Shown piece after piece: positions 50,140 to 62,964 of a stretch of DNA of 64,000 nucleotides. The notes below the pieces were generated by a model. It was not told the origin of the DNA. It worked only from the letters and a program-made list of their open reading frames with translations, and searched no databases. Source of the DNA: Mobula hypostoma (taxonomy: Eukaryota); contig NC_086108.1 in NCBI RefSeq assembly GCF_963921235.1, forward strand, positions 114,392,001 to 114,456,000, written 5' to 3'. Position 1 is the stretch's first letter; each line of letters starts with the position of its first letter. Position numbers and translations under genes: made by a program.

Positions 50140-50910
50140 CAATAGTGTGGACTATTATCTAAATAGGGAGAGGGCTCAAACATCAGAGGTGCGAGGGACT
50201 TTGGAGTCCTCGTGCAAGACTCCCAGAAAGTTAATTCACAAGTTGAGTCTGTGGTAAAGGCGGCCAATGCAATGTTGGCATTTATTTCAAGGGGACTAGA
50301 ATATAAAAGCAAGGAGATAATGCTGAGCCTTTATAAGACACTAGTCAGGCCGCATTTGGAGTTTTGTCAACAGTTTTATGCCCCATATCTCAGAAAGGAT
50401 GTGTTGTCATTGGAGTGTGTCCAGAAGGGGTTCATGAGGATGATTCTGGGAATGAAGGGGTTAAGATTATGAGAAGAGTTTGGCAGCTTTAGGCCTGTAC
50501 TCACTGGAATTTAGAAGAATGCAGGGGGGGCAGAAATCTCATTGAAACCCATGAATATTGAAAGGACGAGATAAGGTAGGTGTGGAAAGCACGTTTCCTG
50601 TGGTGGGGTATCCAGAACTAGAGGGCACAGCCTCAAAACTGAGGGGTGATAATTTAGAACAGAGGTAAGGAGGAGTTTTTAAGTCAGAATGTAGTAAAAT
50701 CTGTGTAATGCTCTGCCACAGACTGTGGTGAGGGCCAAGTTCTTAAGCATATTTAAAGCCTATTTGATTATTTCCTGATTGGTCGGGGCATCAAAGAATA
50801 TGGCGAGAAGGCAGGTGTAAGGGGTTGAGTGGGATCCGGGATCAGCCATGATGGAATGGTGGAGCAGACTCAATGGGCTGAATGGCCTAATTCTGCTCCT
50901 ATGTCTTATG
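50140..50910 (+). mobile_element. CR1 3' fragment
   Basis: ORF 50212-50472 (KAANAMLAFISRG..LVRPHLE); ATTCTGCTCCTATG end. Confidence 0.85.
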
Positions 50911-51351
50911 ATGATGAACCTAATTCCGATTCCACACAGCAATTCTGAAGGGTCCTAGACCCAAAACATTAACTCATTCACACAGACACTTCCCAACCTG
51001 TGTTTATGCTGCTGCTGTTTTTTTATTTCTGCTTTCCAGCACTTGCCATTTGCTTTGACTACCACACTAACCAGAATATCGACTACTACCACTGTGGCAT
51101 TTCCTGCACAACCAACTACATTTCACAGACAAGAGAAAATCACCAGATGCTGGAAATCTGAGCAACACACAAAATACTAGAGGAACTCAGCAGGCCAAGC
51201 AGCATCCAAGGAGAAAAGTACAGTCGATGTTTCAAGCCGAGACTCTTTTCAGAATTTTTGTGGTGATAGAAAAGGTGTTAGAGAAAATCACATCCTCCAA
51301 GTGAGTGGGCTACAAAGGTAGAACACAAGTAGATTCCTTTCAGGTGATTAC

Positions 51352-51455
51352 CTGAAGCTGGTCTGCCGTGAAACTGGTTCGAGCTCGTTTGGTTGGTTTG
51401 GGCTGATTCAGCTCTTGTTCTGCAGATGTTGCTCCTTCTGTACTGAATCCACGTC
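51352..51455 (-). CDS. lhx8: Lhx8-type gene, linker and start of homeodomain
   Basis: (G)[34 protein letters not shown]; acceptor ttttgcAG, donor CAG|GTAATC; 104 nt, phase 1 to 0. Confidence 0.93.
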
Positions 51456-51654
51456 CTGCAAAATGCCAGATACATAGTTTGTGCTTTTGAAGGTGCTTTG
51501 CAGTTTTATTGAAAAATCCAATGACTACATCACGTGATCCACTTGCTGCCTCCATCTCCAGGTAGAATTAGCAGACTTTGACAAGTTAAGGAAACGGGCA
51601 GAGAAGTGGCAGATGGAGATCAATCCGGCAAAATTTCTAGTAATTCACTTTTGA

Positions 51655-53390
51655 AGAACATAGAAAACCTACAGCACAATACAGGCCCTTCGGCCCACAA
51701 TGCTGTGCTGAATATGTACTTGCTTTAGAAATTACCTGGGATTACCCATAGCCCTTTCTTTTTCTAAGCTCCATATATCTATCCAAGAGCCTCTTAAAAG
51801 ACCGTCATATCCACCTCCACCACTGTTGCCAGCAGCCCATTCCATGCACTCACCATTCTCTGCGTAAAAACTTACCCCTGAACATCTCCTCTGTACCTAC
51901 TCCCTAGCACCTTAAAACTGTGCCCTCTCGTGTTGCCATTTCAGCCCTGGGAAAAAGCCTCTGACTATCCACATGATCAATGCCTCTCATCACCTTATAC
52001 ACCTCTATCAGGTCACCTCTCATCCTCTGTCACTCCAAGGAGAAAAGGCTGAGTTCACTCAACCTATTCTCATAAGGTATGCTCCCCAATCCAGGAAACA
52101 TCCTTCCAAATCTTCTCTGCACCCTTTCTATGGTTTCCACATCCTTCCTGCGGTGAGATGACCAGAACTGAGCACAGTACTCCAAGTGGGGTCTGACCAG
52201 TGTCCTATATAGCTGCAACATTACCTCTCAGCTCTTAAACTCAATCCCATGGTTGATGAAGGCCAATGCATCATATGCCTTCTTAACCACAGAGTCAACC
52301 TGTGCAGCAGCTTTGAGTGTCTGTGGACTCAGACCACAAGATCCCTCTGATCCTCCACACTGCCAAGAGTCTTAATACTTATATTCTGCCATCATATTTG
52401 ACCTACCAAAATGAATCATCTCACACTTATCTGGGTTGAACTCCATCTGCCACTTCTCAGCCCAGTTTTGCAACCTATTGATGTCCAACTATAACCTCTG
52501 ACAGCCTCCACACTGTCCACAGCACCCCCAACCTTTGCGTCATCAGCAAATTTGCTAACCCATTCCTCCACTTCCTCATCTAGTTCATTTATAAAAATTA
52601 CAAAGAGAAGGGGTCCCAGAACAGACCCGAGGCACACCACTGGTCACCAGCCTCCATGCAGAATATGACCCATCTACAACCACTCTTTGCCTCCTGTGAG
52701 CAAGCCAATTCGGGATCAACAAAGCGAGGTCCCCTTGGATCCCCTGCCTCCTTACTTTCTCAATAAGCCTTGCATGGAGTACCTTATCAAATGCCTTGCT
52801 GAAATCCATATACACTACATCTATGGCTCTACCTTTACATCCTCAGAACATTAGATCACGTTCGTAAGGCATAACCTACCTTTGACAAAGCCATGCTGAC
52901 TATTCCTAATCATATTATGCCTCTCCAAATGTTCATAAATTCTGCCTCTCAGGATCTTCTCCATCAGCTTACCAACCACTGAAGAAAGACTCATTGGTCT
53001 ATAATTTCCTGGGCTGTCTCCCTTTCTTGAATCAGGGAACAACATCTGCAACCCTCCAACCCTTTGGAACCTCTCCCATCCCCATTGATGATGCAAAGAT
53101 CAATGCCAGAGGCTCAGCAATCTCCTCCTTCGCTTCCTACAGTAGTCTGGTGTACATCTCATTCGGTCTCTGTGACTTATCCAACTTGATGCTTTCCAAA
53201 AGCTCCAGCACATCCTCTTTCTTAATGTCTACATGCTCAAGTTTTTCAATCGACTGTAAGTCATCCCTACAATCACCAAGATCCTTTTCCATAGTGAATA
53301 TTGAAGCAAAGTATTCATTAAATGTCTCTGCAATCTCCTCTGGTTCCGTACACACTTTTCCACTGTCTCACCTGATTGGGCCTATTCTCT
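51655..53390 (-). mobile_element. 5'-truncated degenerate CR1
   Basis: ORFs 52030-53355 with RT motifs; same family as 38043-39717. Confidence 0.87.
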
Positions 53391-54109
53391 CTCAAAGGTC
53401 AAACTTGAAGGCACAGTACAGGGTTAAAGGCAGGATTTGTAGTAGTGTGGAGGTACAGAGGGATCTTGGGGTCCACATTTATAAATTCCTTAAAGTTACT
53501 GTGCAAGTTGATAGGGTTTTTAAGGTGAGTTGACCTTCAGTAGGTGAGGATTCAGTTCACGAGATAATGTTATAGTCCTTTTGAAATGAATGCCAATCTT
53601 GAATTTACCTTCCTTACCACCGATTCAACCTGCAAGTTAACCTTTAGGGCACCCTACACGAGAACTCCCAATTCCCTTTGCACCTCTGATTTTGGATTTC
53701 CCTCCCCATTTAGAAAATAGTCTACATCTTTATTCCTTCAACATGGCCATACACATATACACACTATATTCTATCTGCCACTTCTTTGCTCATTCTTCCA
53801 ATCTGTTCAAGTCCTTCTGCAGCCCCCCACTTCTTCAACACTACCTGCCCCTCCACCCATTTTTATTTGCCTGCAAGGGACACAAAACGATGGAGAGCAT
53901 TCTGACTGGTTATATCACTGTCTGGAATGAAGGGTCTAATGCCCAGCGTCAGAAAAAACTGCAGAGGGTTGTAAACTCAGCCAGCTCCAGCAGGGTGCTC
54001 GTCCCCCAGCATCAGGGGAAGATGAGCCAGATTACATTTGTCTGTGGCTGCACTAACACATGGCGAGGAACTACTGAATGCTGCTTCTGACAGAAATGTG
54101 GCTTCAGAA

Positions 54110-57100
54110 AAACCATGAGATACAGGAGCAGAAGTAGGCCATTCAGCCTGTCCAGTCTGCTCTGCCATTCAATCATGGGCTGATCCAACTCTTCCAGTCA
54201 ACCCCACTCCCCTGCCTTCACCCCATACCCTTTGATGCTCCAGCTAATCAAGAACCTATCTCTGCCTTAAACACACCCAATAACTTGGCCTTCACAGCTG
54301 CTCGCAGCAACAAATTCCACAGATTTACCACCCTCTGACTAAAGTAATTTCTCCACATCTCTGTTCTAAATCAACGTCCTTCAATGCTGAAGTCATGCCC
54401 TCTGGTCCTAGAATCCCCTACCATGGGAAATAACTTTGCCATATCTAATCTGTTCAGACCTGTTAACATTGGGAATGTTTCTATGAGATCCTCCTTCATT
54501 CTCCTGAACTCCAGGGAATACAGCCCAAGAGCTGACAAATGTACCTCATACATTAACCCTTTCATTCCTGGAATAGTTTTTGTGAATCTTCTCTGAACCC
54601 TCTCCAATGTCAGTATATCCTTTCTAAAATAAGGAGCCCAAAACTGCACACAATACTCCAAGTGTGGTCTCACGAGTGCCTTGTAGAGCCTCAACATCAC
54701 ATCCCTGCTCTTATACTCTATAACTCTAGAAATTAATACCAACATTACATTCACCTTCACAACAGACTTAACCTAGAGGTTAACCTTTAGGGTATCTTGC
54801 ACAAGGACTCCCAAGTCCCTTTGCATCTCTGCATTTTGAATTCTCTCCCCATCTAAATAATAGTCTGCCCATTTATTTCTTCCACCAAAATACATGACCA
54901 TACACTTTCCAACATTGTATTTCATTTGCCACTTCTTTGTCCATTTCCCTAAACTATCCAAGTCTCTCTGCAGGCTCTGTTTCCTCAACACTACCTGCTC
55001 CTCCACCCATCTTTGTATCATCAGCAAAGTTAGCCACAAATCCATTAATCCATTGTCCAAATCATTGACATACATCGTAAAAAGCAGCAGTCCCAACATT
55101 CACTGGTAACCAGCAGCCAACCAGAATAGAATCCCTTTATTCCCACTGTTTTCTGCCAACCACCCATGCTAGTAACTTCCCCGTTATTCCATGGGCCCTT
55201 ACCTTGCCGAGCAGCCTCACATGAGGCACCTTGTCAAAGGCCTTCTGAAAATCCAAGTACAGCACATCTACTGCATCTCCTTTGTCTACCTGGCTTGTAA
55301 TTTCCTCAAAGAACTGCAGTAGGTTTGTCAGGCAGAATGGTCCTTTCAGGAAACCATGTTGGCTTTGGCCCATCTTATCATGTGCCTCCAGGTACTCCAT
55401 AATCTCATCCCTAACAATTGATTCCAACAACTTCCCAACCACTGATATCAGGCTAACAGGTCTATAGTTTCTTTTCTGCTGCCTCCCACCCTCCTTAAAT
55501 AACAGAGTAACATTTGCAATTTTCCAGTCATCTGGTACAATGCCAGAATCTATTGATTCTTGAAAGATTATCGTTAATGCCTCTGCAATCTCTCCAGCTA
55601 CTTCCTTCAGAACCCAAGGGTGCATTCCATCAGGTCCAGGAGATTTATCCACCCTCAGACCATTAAGCTTCCTGAGCACCTTCTCAGTCGTAATTTTCAC
55701 TGCACATACTTCACTTCCCTGACACTTGTGAATGTCCGGTATACTGCAGATGTCTTCCACTGTGAAGACTGATGCAAAATATGCATTCAGTTCTTCTGCC
55801 ATCTCTGCATCTTTCATTACAATACCTCCAGCATCATTTTGTGTTGGTCCAATATCTACCCTCTACTCTCTTTTACCCTTTATATACTTACAAAGGGTTT
55901 AGTATCTTCTTTGATATTAGTCATCAGCTTCCTCTCATAATTGATTTTTTCCTTCCAAGTGACCTTTTTTTGTTTCCTTCTGCAAGTTTTTAAAAGCTCC
56001 CCAATCCCCCATCTTCCCACTAGCTCTGGCTTCCTTGTATACCCTCTTGTTTTCACTTTGGCTCAGACTTCACTTGTCAGCCACGGTAGTGTCCTTCTTC
56101 CCTTTGAAAATTTCTTCTTATTTGGAATATATGTCTTGCACTTCCCTCATTTTTCACAGGAACTCCAGCCATTGCTGTTCTGCTGTCCTTCCTGCAAATG
56201 TCCCTTTCCAGTCAACTTTGGCCAGTTCCCCCTTCATGCCATTGTAACTTCCTTTACTCCACTGAAATTTCAATGTGAACTCAATCATATTGTGATCATT
56301 GTTCCCCAAGGGTTCCTTAACCCTAAGCTCTCTTATCACCTCCGGATCATTGCACAACACCCAATCCAGCACAGCCGATCCCCGAGTGGGCTCAGCAACA
56401 AGCAATTCTAAAAATCCATCCCTTAGAAATTCTACAAATTCTCTCTCAAGGTCCAGTACTAGCCTAGTTTTCCCAATCCACTTTCATGTTAAAATCCCCA
56501 ACATTTATCATGACATTGCCCTTCTGACTCACCTTTTCCATCTCCTGCTGTAATTTGTAATCCACATCCTAGCTGCTGTTTGGAGGCCTGTATACAACTG
56601 CCATTAGGTTCCTTTTACCCTTGTCATTTCTTAACTCAACCCATAGAGAGTCTACACCTTCCAATCCTATGTCATCTCTTGCCAATGATTTAGTATTATT
56701 TCTTATACACAGGGCCACACCACACCCTCTGCCTACTAACCTATCTTTCCTATACACCGTATATCCTTGGATGTTCAGCTCCCAATGGCAGCCATCCTTC
56801 AGCAAATTTTCAGAGATGGCCACAACATCATACTTGCCAATCTGTAGCTCAATTTCAAGATTGTCCATTTTACTCCTTATTCTGCATGCATTCAAATATA
56901 ACACTTTCAGTCCAGTATTTGTTGCTTTCTGTTTTAACTGCACCACACCTCTATTGCCCTGTAACTCATCCCACTGGAACTGATTATACCTCATTTCCAG
57001 CCTGAACTTTCTATCATCTCTGTTGCACGCTATCTTTGATTTGTTTTCCCCTTCCTCAACCCTATCACTCCAGTTCCCATCCCTCTGCCAAATTAGTTTA

Positions 57101-58075
57101 AACCCTCCCTACAGCTCTATTAAATGTGCGCGCTAGGATATTGGACCCCTTTGGGTTCAGGTGTAACCAGTTCTTTTTCGTACAGATTGTACCTCCCCCA
57201 GAAGAGGCCCCAATGATCCAGGAACCTGAAGCCCTGACTCCAACACCAGTCTCTCAACCACACATTAATATGCCTGATCATGCTATTCTTGCACTCGTTA
57301 GCAGGTGGCACAGGCAGCAACCCTGAGATTACTACCCTAGAGGTCCTGCCTTTCAGCTTCCTACCCTACTCCCTGAATTCTCTCTTCAGGATCTCCTCTC
57401 TTTTTCTATCTATGTCATTGGTTCCAATGTGTACCAAGACTTTTGACTGTTCACCCTCTCCTTTCAGAATACTCTGCACCTGATCTGAGACATCCCATCT
57501 CATGGCACCAGGGAGGCAACCCACCATGCAGTTATCTCTATCAGGCTGACAGAACCTCCTTCCCTTCTCCTGACTATGGAATCCCCTATGACTACTACAT
57601 TCCTCATCTTCTTCTCTCCCTTCTGCACCATGGAACCAGGCTCAGTCTCAGAGGCCCAATCGCCGTGGTCGTCCACTGTCAGGTTACTCCCCTCAACTGC
57701 ATCCAAAATGAGATAACGATGACTGAGGGGGATGGCCACAGGGGCGCTCTCTATTATCTGAGCTCTTTCCCTCACTTCCCTGATCATCACCCACTTATCT
57801 AACTCCTGCAGCCTCGGGGTGACTAACTCCCTGTAGCTCCTCTCTATCTCCTGCTCACTCTCCCTAATGTAGGTCATCAAGCCGCAGCTCCAGATCCCCA
57901 ACACGGTCTCTCAGAAGCTGCATCTCAGTGCACCTGACGTAGATGTGGCCATCTGGGAGACTGGAAGATTCCCACATCTGAAACCCAGAGCAAAATACTA
58001 ACCCTACCGACATGCTCTCTATTCCTCAAAAAAAATGCAAAAAGCCAAAATCGAAGCCCACTTACCTCGCCAAAC
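54110..58075 (-). mobile_element. Near full-length but degenerate CR1 (divergent family)
   Basis: ORF1 remnants (VVVIGDSIVR, WLRDWC..QGFRFLDHW), junction TTTAAACTAA at 57093-57102, APE (LYLNA, YRPP) and RT remnants, 3' UTR. Confidence 0.87.
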
Positions 58076-58141
58076 CATTGTAACTTACAGTAATGCATGT
58101 ATTGTACTTTGCTGCAGCAAAACAATACATTTCACGACATA

Positions 58142-61100
58142 CAGTGCCTATAAAAAGTATTCACTCCCTTGGAAGTTTTCATATTTTGTTTTACAACATT
58201 GAATCAGTGGATTTAATTTGGCTTTTTTGACATTGATCAATAGAAAAGGACTCTTTCATGTCAAAGTGAAAACAGATTCCTACAAAGTGATCTATATTAA
58301 TTAGAAAAGTAAAATACAATTGATTGCATAAGTATTCACCCCCTTTATGACACATCAAAATCATCACTGGTGCAGCCAAATGGTTTTACAAGACACATAA
58401 TTAGTGACATGGAGATCACCATGTGCAATCAAGATATTTCAATTGATTGTAATAAAATTACACCAGTATCTGGGAGCTCCAGCTGCTGGCGAGTCAGAAT
58501 CCTGGCAAAAGCTACAAGACAGAAGAGCCTTCAAGCAACTCCATGAAAAGGTTATTAGAAAGCACAAGTCAGGAGGGATACAAGAAAATTTTTCAAGTCA
58601 CTGACTTAACTGAACTCCAAGAGTTATTCAATCATCAAGAAATGGAAAGAATATGGCACAGCTGTAAATCTGTCTAGAGCAGGCTGTTCTCAAAAACTGA
58701 GTGACCGCGCAAGCATAGGACTAGTGTGGGAGCCTACCAAGAGACTCGGTGACAACTTTGGAGTTACAAGCTTCAGTGGCTGAGATGGGAGAGACTGCAC
58801 ATACAACAACTGTTGCCTGGGTGCTTCACCAGTTGCAGCTTTAAGGGAGAGTGGCAAAAAGAAAGACACTTAAAAAAAAAACACTCATGAAATCTGGGCT
58901 AGAGTTTGCCAGAAGGCACGTGGGAGGCTCTGAAGTTTGCTGGAAGGCGGCGATATAGAAACATAGAAACATAGAAAATAGGTGCAGGAGTAGGCCATTC
59001 GGCCCTTCGAGCCTGCACCGCCATTTATTATGATCATGGCTGATCATCCAACTCAGAACCCAGCCTTCCCTCCATACCCCCTGACCCCTGTAGCCACAAG
59101 GGCCATATCTAACTCCCTCTTAAACATAGCCAATGAACTGGCCTCAACAGTTTGCTGTGGCAGAGAATTCCACAGATTCACCACTCTCTGTGTGAAGAAG
59201 TTTTTCCTAATCTCGGTCCTAAAAGGCTTCCCCTCTATCCTCAAACTGTGACCCCTCGTTCTGGACCTCCCCAACATCGGGAACAATCTTCCTGCATCTA
59301 GCCTGTCCAATCCCTTTAGGATCTTATACGTTTCAATCAGATCCCCCCTCAATCTTCTAAATTCCAACGAGTACAAGCCCAATTCATCCAGTCTTTCTTC
59401 ATATGAAAGACCTGCCATCCCAGGAATCAATCTGGTGAACCTTCTTTGTACTCCCTCTATGGCAAGGATGTCTTTCCTCAGATTAGGGGACCAAAACTGC
59501 ACACAATACTCCAGGTGTGGTCTCACCAAGGCCTTGTACAACTGCAGTAGTACCTCCCTGCTCCTGTACTCGAATCCTCTCGCTATAAATGCCAGCATAC
59601 CGTTCGCCTTTTTCACCGCCTGCTGTACCTGCATGCCCACTTTCAATGACTGGTTTATAATGACACCCAGGTCTCGTTGCACCTCCCCTTTTCCTAATCG
59701 GCCACCATTCAGATAATAATCTGTTTTCCTATTTTTGCCACCAAAGTGGATAACTTCACATTTATCCACATTAAATTGCATCTGCCATGAGTTTGCCCAC
59801 TCACCCAACCTATCCAAGTCACCCTGCATCCTCTTAGCATCCTCCTCACTGCTAACACTGCCACCCAGCTTCGTGTCATCCGCAAACTTGGAGATGCTGC
59901 ATTTAATTCCCTCATCCAAGTCATTAATATATATTGTAAACAACTGGGGTCCCAGCACTGAGCCTTGCGGTACCCCACTAGTCACCGCCTGCCATTCTGA
60001 AAAGGTCCCGTTTATTCCCACTCTTTGCTTCCTGTCTGCTAACCAATTCTCCACCCACACCAATACCTTACCCCCAATACCATGTGCTTTAAGTTTGCAC
60101 ACTAATCTCCTGTGTGGGACCTTGTCAAAAGCCTTTTGAAAATCCAAATATACCACATCCACTGGTTCTCCCCTATCCACTCTACTAGTTACATCCTCAA
60201 AAAATTCTATGAGATTCGTCAGACATGATTTTCCTTTCACAAATCCATGCTGACTTTGTCCGATCATTTCACCGCTTTCCAAATGTGCTGTTATCACATC
60301 CTTGATAACTGACTCCAGCAGTTTCCCCACCACCGACGTTAGGCTAACCGGCCTATAATTCCCCGGTTTCTCTCTCCCTCCTTTTTTAAAAAGTGGGGTT
60401 ACATTAGCCACCCTCCAATCCTCAGGAACTAGTCCAGAATCTAACGAGTTTTGAAAAATTATCACTAATGCATCCACTATTTCTTGGGCCACTTCCTTAA
60501 GCACTCTGGGATGCAGACCATCTGGCCCTGGGGATTTATCTGCCTTCAATCCCTTCAATTTACCTAACACCACTTCCCTACTAACATGTATTTCGCTCAG
60601 TTCCTCCATCTCACTGGACCCTCTGTCCCTTACTATTTCTGGAAGATTATTTATGTCCTCCTTAGTGAAGACAGAACCAAAGTAATTATTCAATTGGTCT
60701 GCCATGTCCTATGGTCTGATGAAACCAATATTGGGCATCTTGGCTATTAGACTAAATGCTATGTTTAGTATAAACCAAAGACCGCACATCAAAAACACAC
60801 CATCCCTCCTGAGAAGCATGGTGGTGGCTGCATCATGTGGCGATGCTTCACTGCAGCAGGCCCTGGATGGCTTGTGAAGGTAGAGGGTAAAATGAATGCA
60901 GCAAAATGCAGGGAAATCCTGGGAGGAAAACCTGATGCAGTCTGCAAGAGAATGGCGACTTGGGAGAATACTTGTTTTCCAGCAAGACAATGACCTCAAA
61001 CATAAAGCCTAGGATACACAGGAAGGGCTCAAAACAATAATGTCCTGGAGTGGCCAAATCAGAGTCTAAACCCCAATCCAATTGAGAATTTGTGGCTGGA

Positions 61101-61503
61101 TTTGAAAAGGGCTGTTCACTCACAATCCCCATGCAATCTGACAGAGCTTGAGCAGTTTTATAAAGAAGAATGGGGAAAAATTGCAGTGTCCAGATGTGCA
61201 AAGCTGATAGAGATCTATTCACACAGACTCAAGGCTGTAATTGGTGCCAAAGGTGCATCTACTAAATACTGACTTGAAGTGGGTGAGTGACTATGCAATC
61301 AATTATTTTGTGTTTAATAATTGTAATAAAATTTAGACCACTTTGGAGAAATTTGTTTTTACTTTGGCACGAAAGAGACTTTTCTGTTGATCAGTGTCAA
61401 AAAAAGCCAAATTAAATGCACTATGATTCAAAGTTGTAAAACAACAAAACCATGAAAACTTCCGGAAAACTTCCAGGGGGGTGAATACTTTTCATAGGCA
61501 CTG
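58142..61503 (+). mobile_element. Tc1-family DNA transposon (defective), interrupted by a CR1
   Basis: TA-CAGTGCCTATAAAAAGTATTCAC...GTGAATACTTTTCATAGGCACTG-TA; long TIRs of roughly 200 bp; transposase remnants LWSDET, KHGGG, FQQDNDLKH, LEWP.QS..PNPIENLW. Confidence 0.9.
58956..60708 (-). mobile_element. 5'-truncated young CR1 family A copy inside the Tc1 element
   Basis: Open ORF 59053-60705 nearly identical to the C-terminal half of ORF2 19869-22868. Confidence 0.93.
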
Positions 61504-61557
61504 TACATCACTGGTAATAAACCTGATTCTTATCCCCTCACACAGATGAAGTATTAC

Positions 61558-61766
61558 CATTGTTGAGATTGTCCAGCATGCAGTCATAGTGTATCCGACA
61601 AACCACCTTCTCCTCCACCAGAGCAAACTCCTCGCCCGTGGACAACTGCCGTTTGCAGGAGAAGCAAGCAAAGCACGCCAAGTGGTAGACGTTGCCCTTG
61701 GCTCGTCGGACCCAGTCCGTTGCGTGGATGTGCCGGCCGCAGCGGGCACACCGGGTGCCGTAACGC
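61558..61766 (-). CDS. lhx8: Lhx8-type gene, LIM domain 2 exon
   Basis: [69 protein letters not shown](G); acceptor tgttttcacAG, donor G|GTAATA; 209 nt, phase 2 to 1; LIM Cys/His spacing intact. Confidence 0.93.
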
Positions 61767-62418
61767 CTGTGAAAACAGCTAGGGTCAACAAGGGTCTGAG
61801 GTGCGCAGGCTGGAAAGCTGGCCGGAGGGTGAGGGAGAGGCGCGAAGGGGGGAAAAATGCAGAACAGAGGACAAGGGAGCAGTGTGGAGGCAGGAATCTG
61901 CTTAGTCCCACCTGATGCGCCTGACCTTTTTTTTTGTGCGGGAGAAGGGATTTGGGGGTTGCTGTACCTGATCTGTATTTGATCATTTTTTAGTATAATG
62001 GGGTGGTGGGATTTGGGAGTGGTTGATCAAGTTGCTTTGCTTTGCTTTCTTAGTTTTATGGCCACCTGGAGAACTGAATTTAGGCTCTGTATACTTTGAT
62101 AACAAAATGAAACTTTGAACCCATTGACATGCGCCTGGACCATAACCCTCCATAAACCAATCCAAATTTCTCTGAGATGTTGAAGTCAAGCCCATATCCA
62201 CTATAGTAGTCACTAAGTGGTCTGTGGGCTTCATACAAATTCCAACTTAGTACAAGTCCTAAAGTTCCACCAGAGGTCAGGGCACCCCTTCCACCTCACC
62301 TGAGAACAGGGCTTGTTCACACCCAGAGCGGCACGACAGAGGAAACCAGAGGCCAGGTAGTTAAACAATGGGACCCCAGCCAGACCGCACTATCCAACAA
62401 AGCAGCTGCAAATGGTAC

Positions 62419-62540
62419 CTGAAATAATCCAGTTTGCAAAATATCTCTTGATCCTTGATGTAGCAACTGATGTGTCTGCCCAGGGAAGTTCTACACACAC
62501 TGCAAGCCAGACATCGGACATGCCAACACAGCTCATTCAC
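62419..62540 (-). CDS. lhx8: Lhx8-type LIM-homeobox gene, exon encoding second half of LIM domain 1
   Basis: Manual translation [40 protein letters not shown](R); acceptor ccttcctcccacAG, donor AG|GTACCA; 122 nt, phase 0 to 2. Not in the ORF track in this frame. Confidence 0.93.
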
Positions 62541-62564
62541 CTGTGGGAGGAAGGCAAGGTCTTA

Positions 62565-62812
62565 GTCAGTAGTGTATGGAGTAACCAGGCTCCACTATGG
62601 ACCGTCCCAAGCTTGAGTGCAAAAGGAGGGTTGGGCAAGGGGCCAGCAACCCCATCCTGTAAAAGTCCAGAAACATCAGCAGAAACTGCAGAGACCTCGT
62701 TCCTGGGAGAGGAACAATCTGTGGTGGGGGCAGGTTGACAGACTGACCCAGAACAGAGGACTTTGGTGAGCTGCTTTCGGCAGGCTATATCCCTGTAGGG
62801 GAGATGGGCTCA
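62565..62812 (+). mobile_element. Short non-autonomous element, probably bipartite RTE-derived
   Basis: ACCGTCCCAAG...GGGTTGGGC..GGGG..AGCAACCCC..GTAAAA motif then CCCAG.ACAGAGGAC..TGG.GAGCTGCT..CGGC 3' part, as recalled for RTE 5' and 3' ends; no ORF. Confidence 0.5.
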
Positions 62813-62964
62813 GGTGCAAAGATGCCACCTGGATTATCCATTAGCTTCACCACAGTAACCTTTCGTGGACAGGATCAGAGGGAAGGATACACAGGAAAAC
62901 TAATCAGAACTTGGAGATCCATGGAAACCAGTAAACAAACAGGAATTGAAAAAATTAAATACCT

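Noticed and set aside
60715..60725. CTGATGAAAC as a hammerhead core
   Set aside because: It is the SDET codons of the Tc1 transposase, with no flanking stems.
61492..61986. 164-aa and 108-aa ORFs over the GC-rich region
   Set aside because: Wrong frames or strand; the real coding frame is the LIM2 exon 61558-61766.
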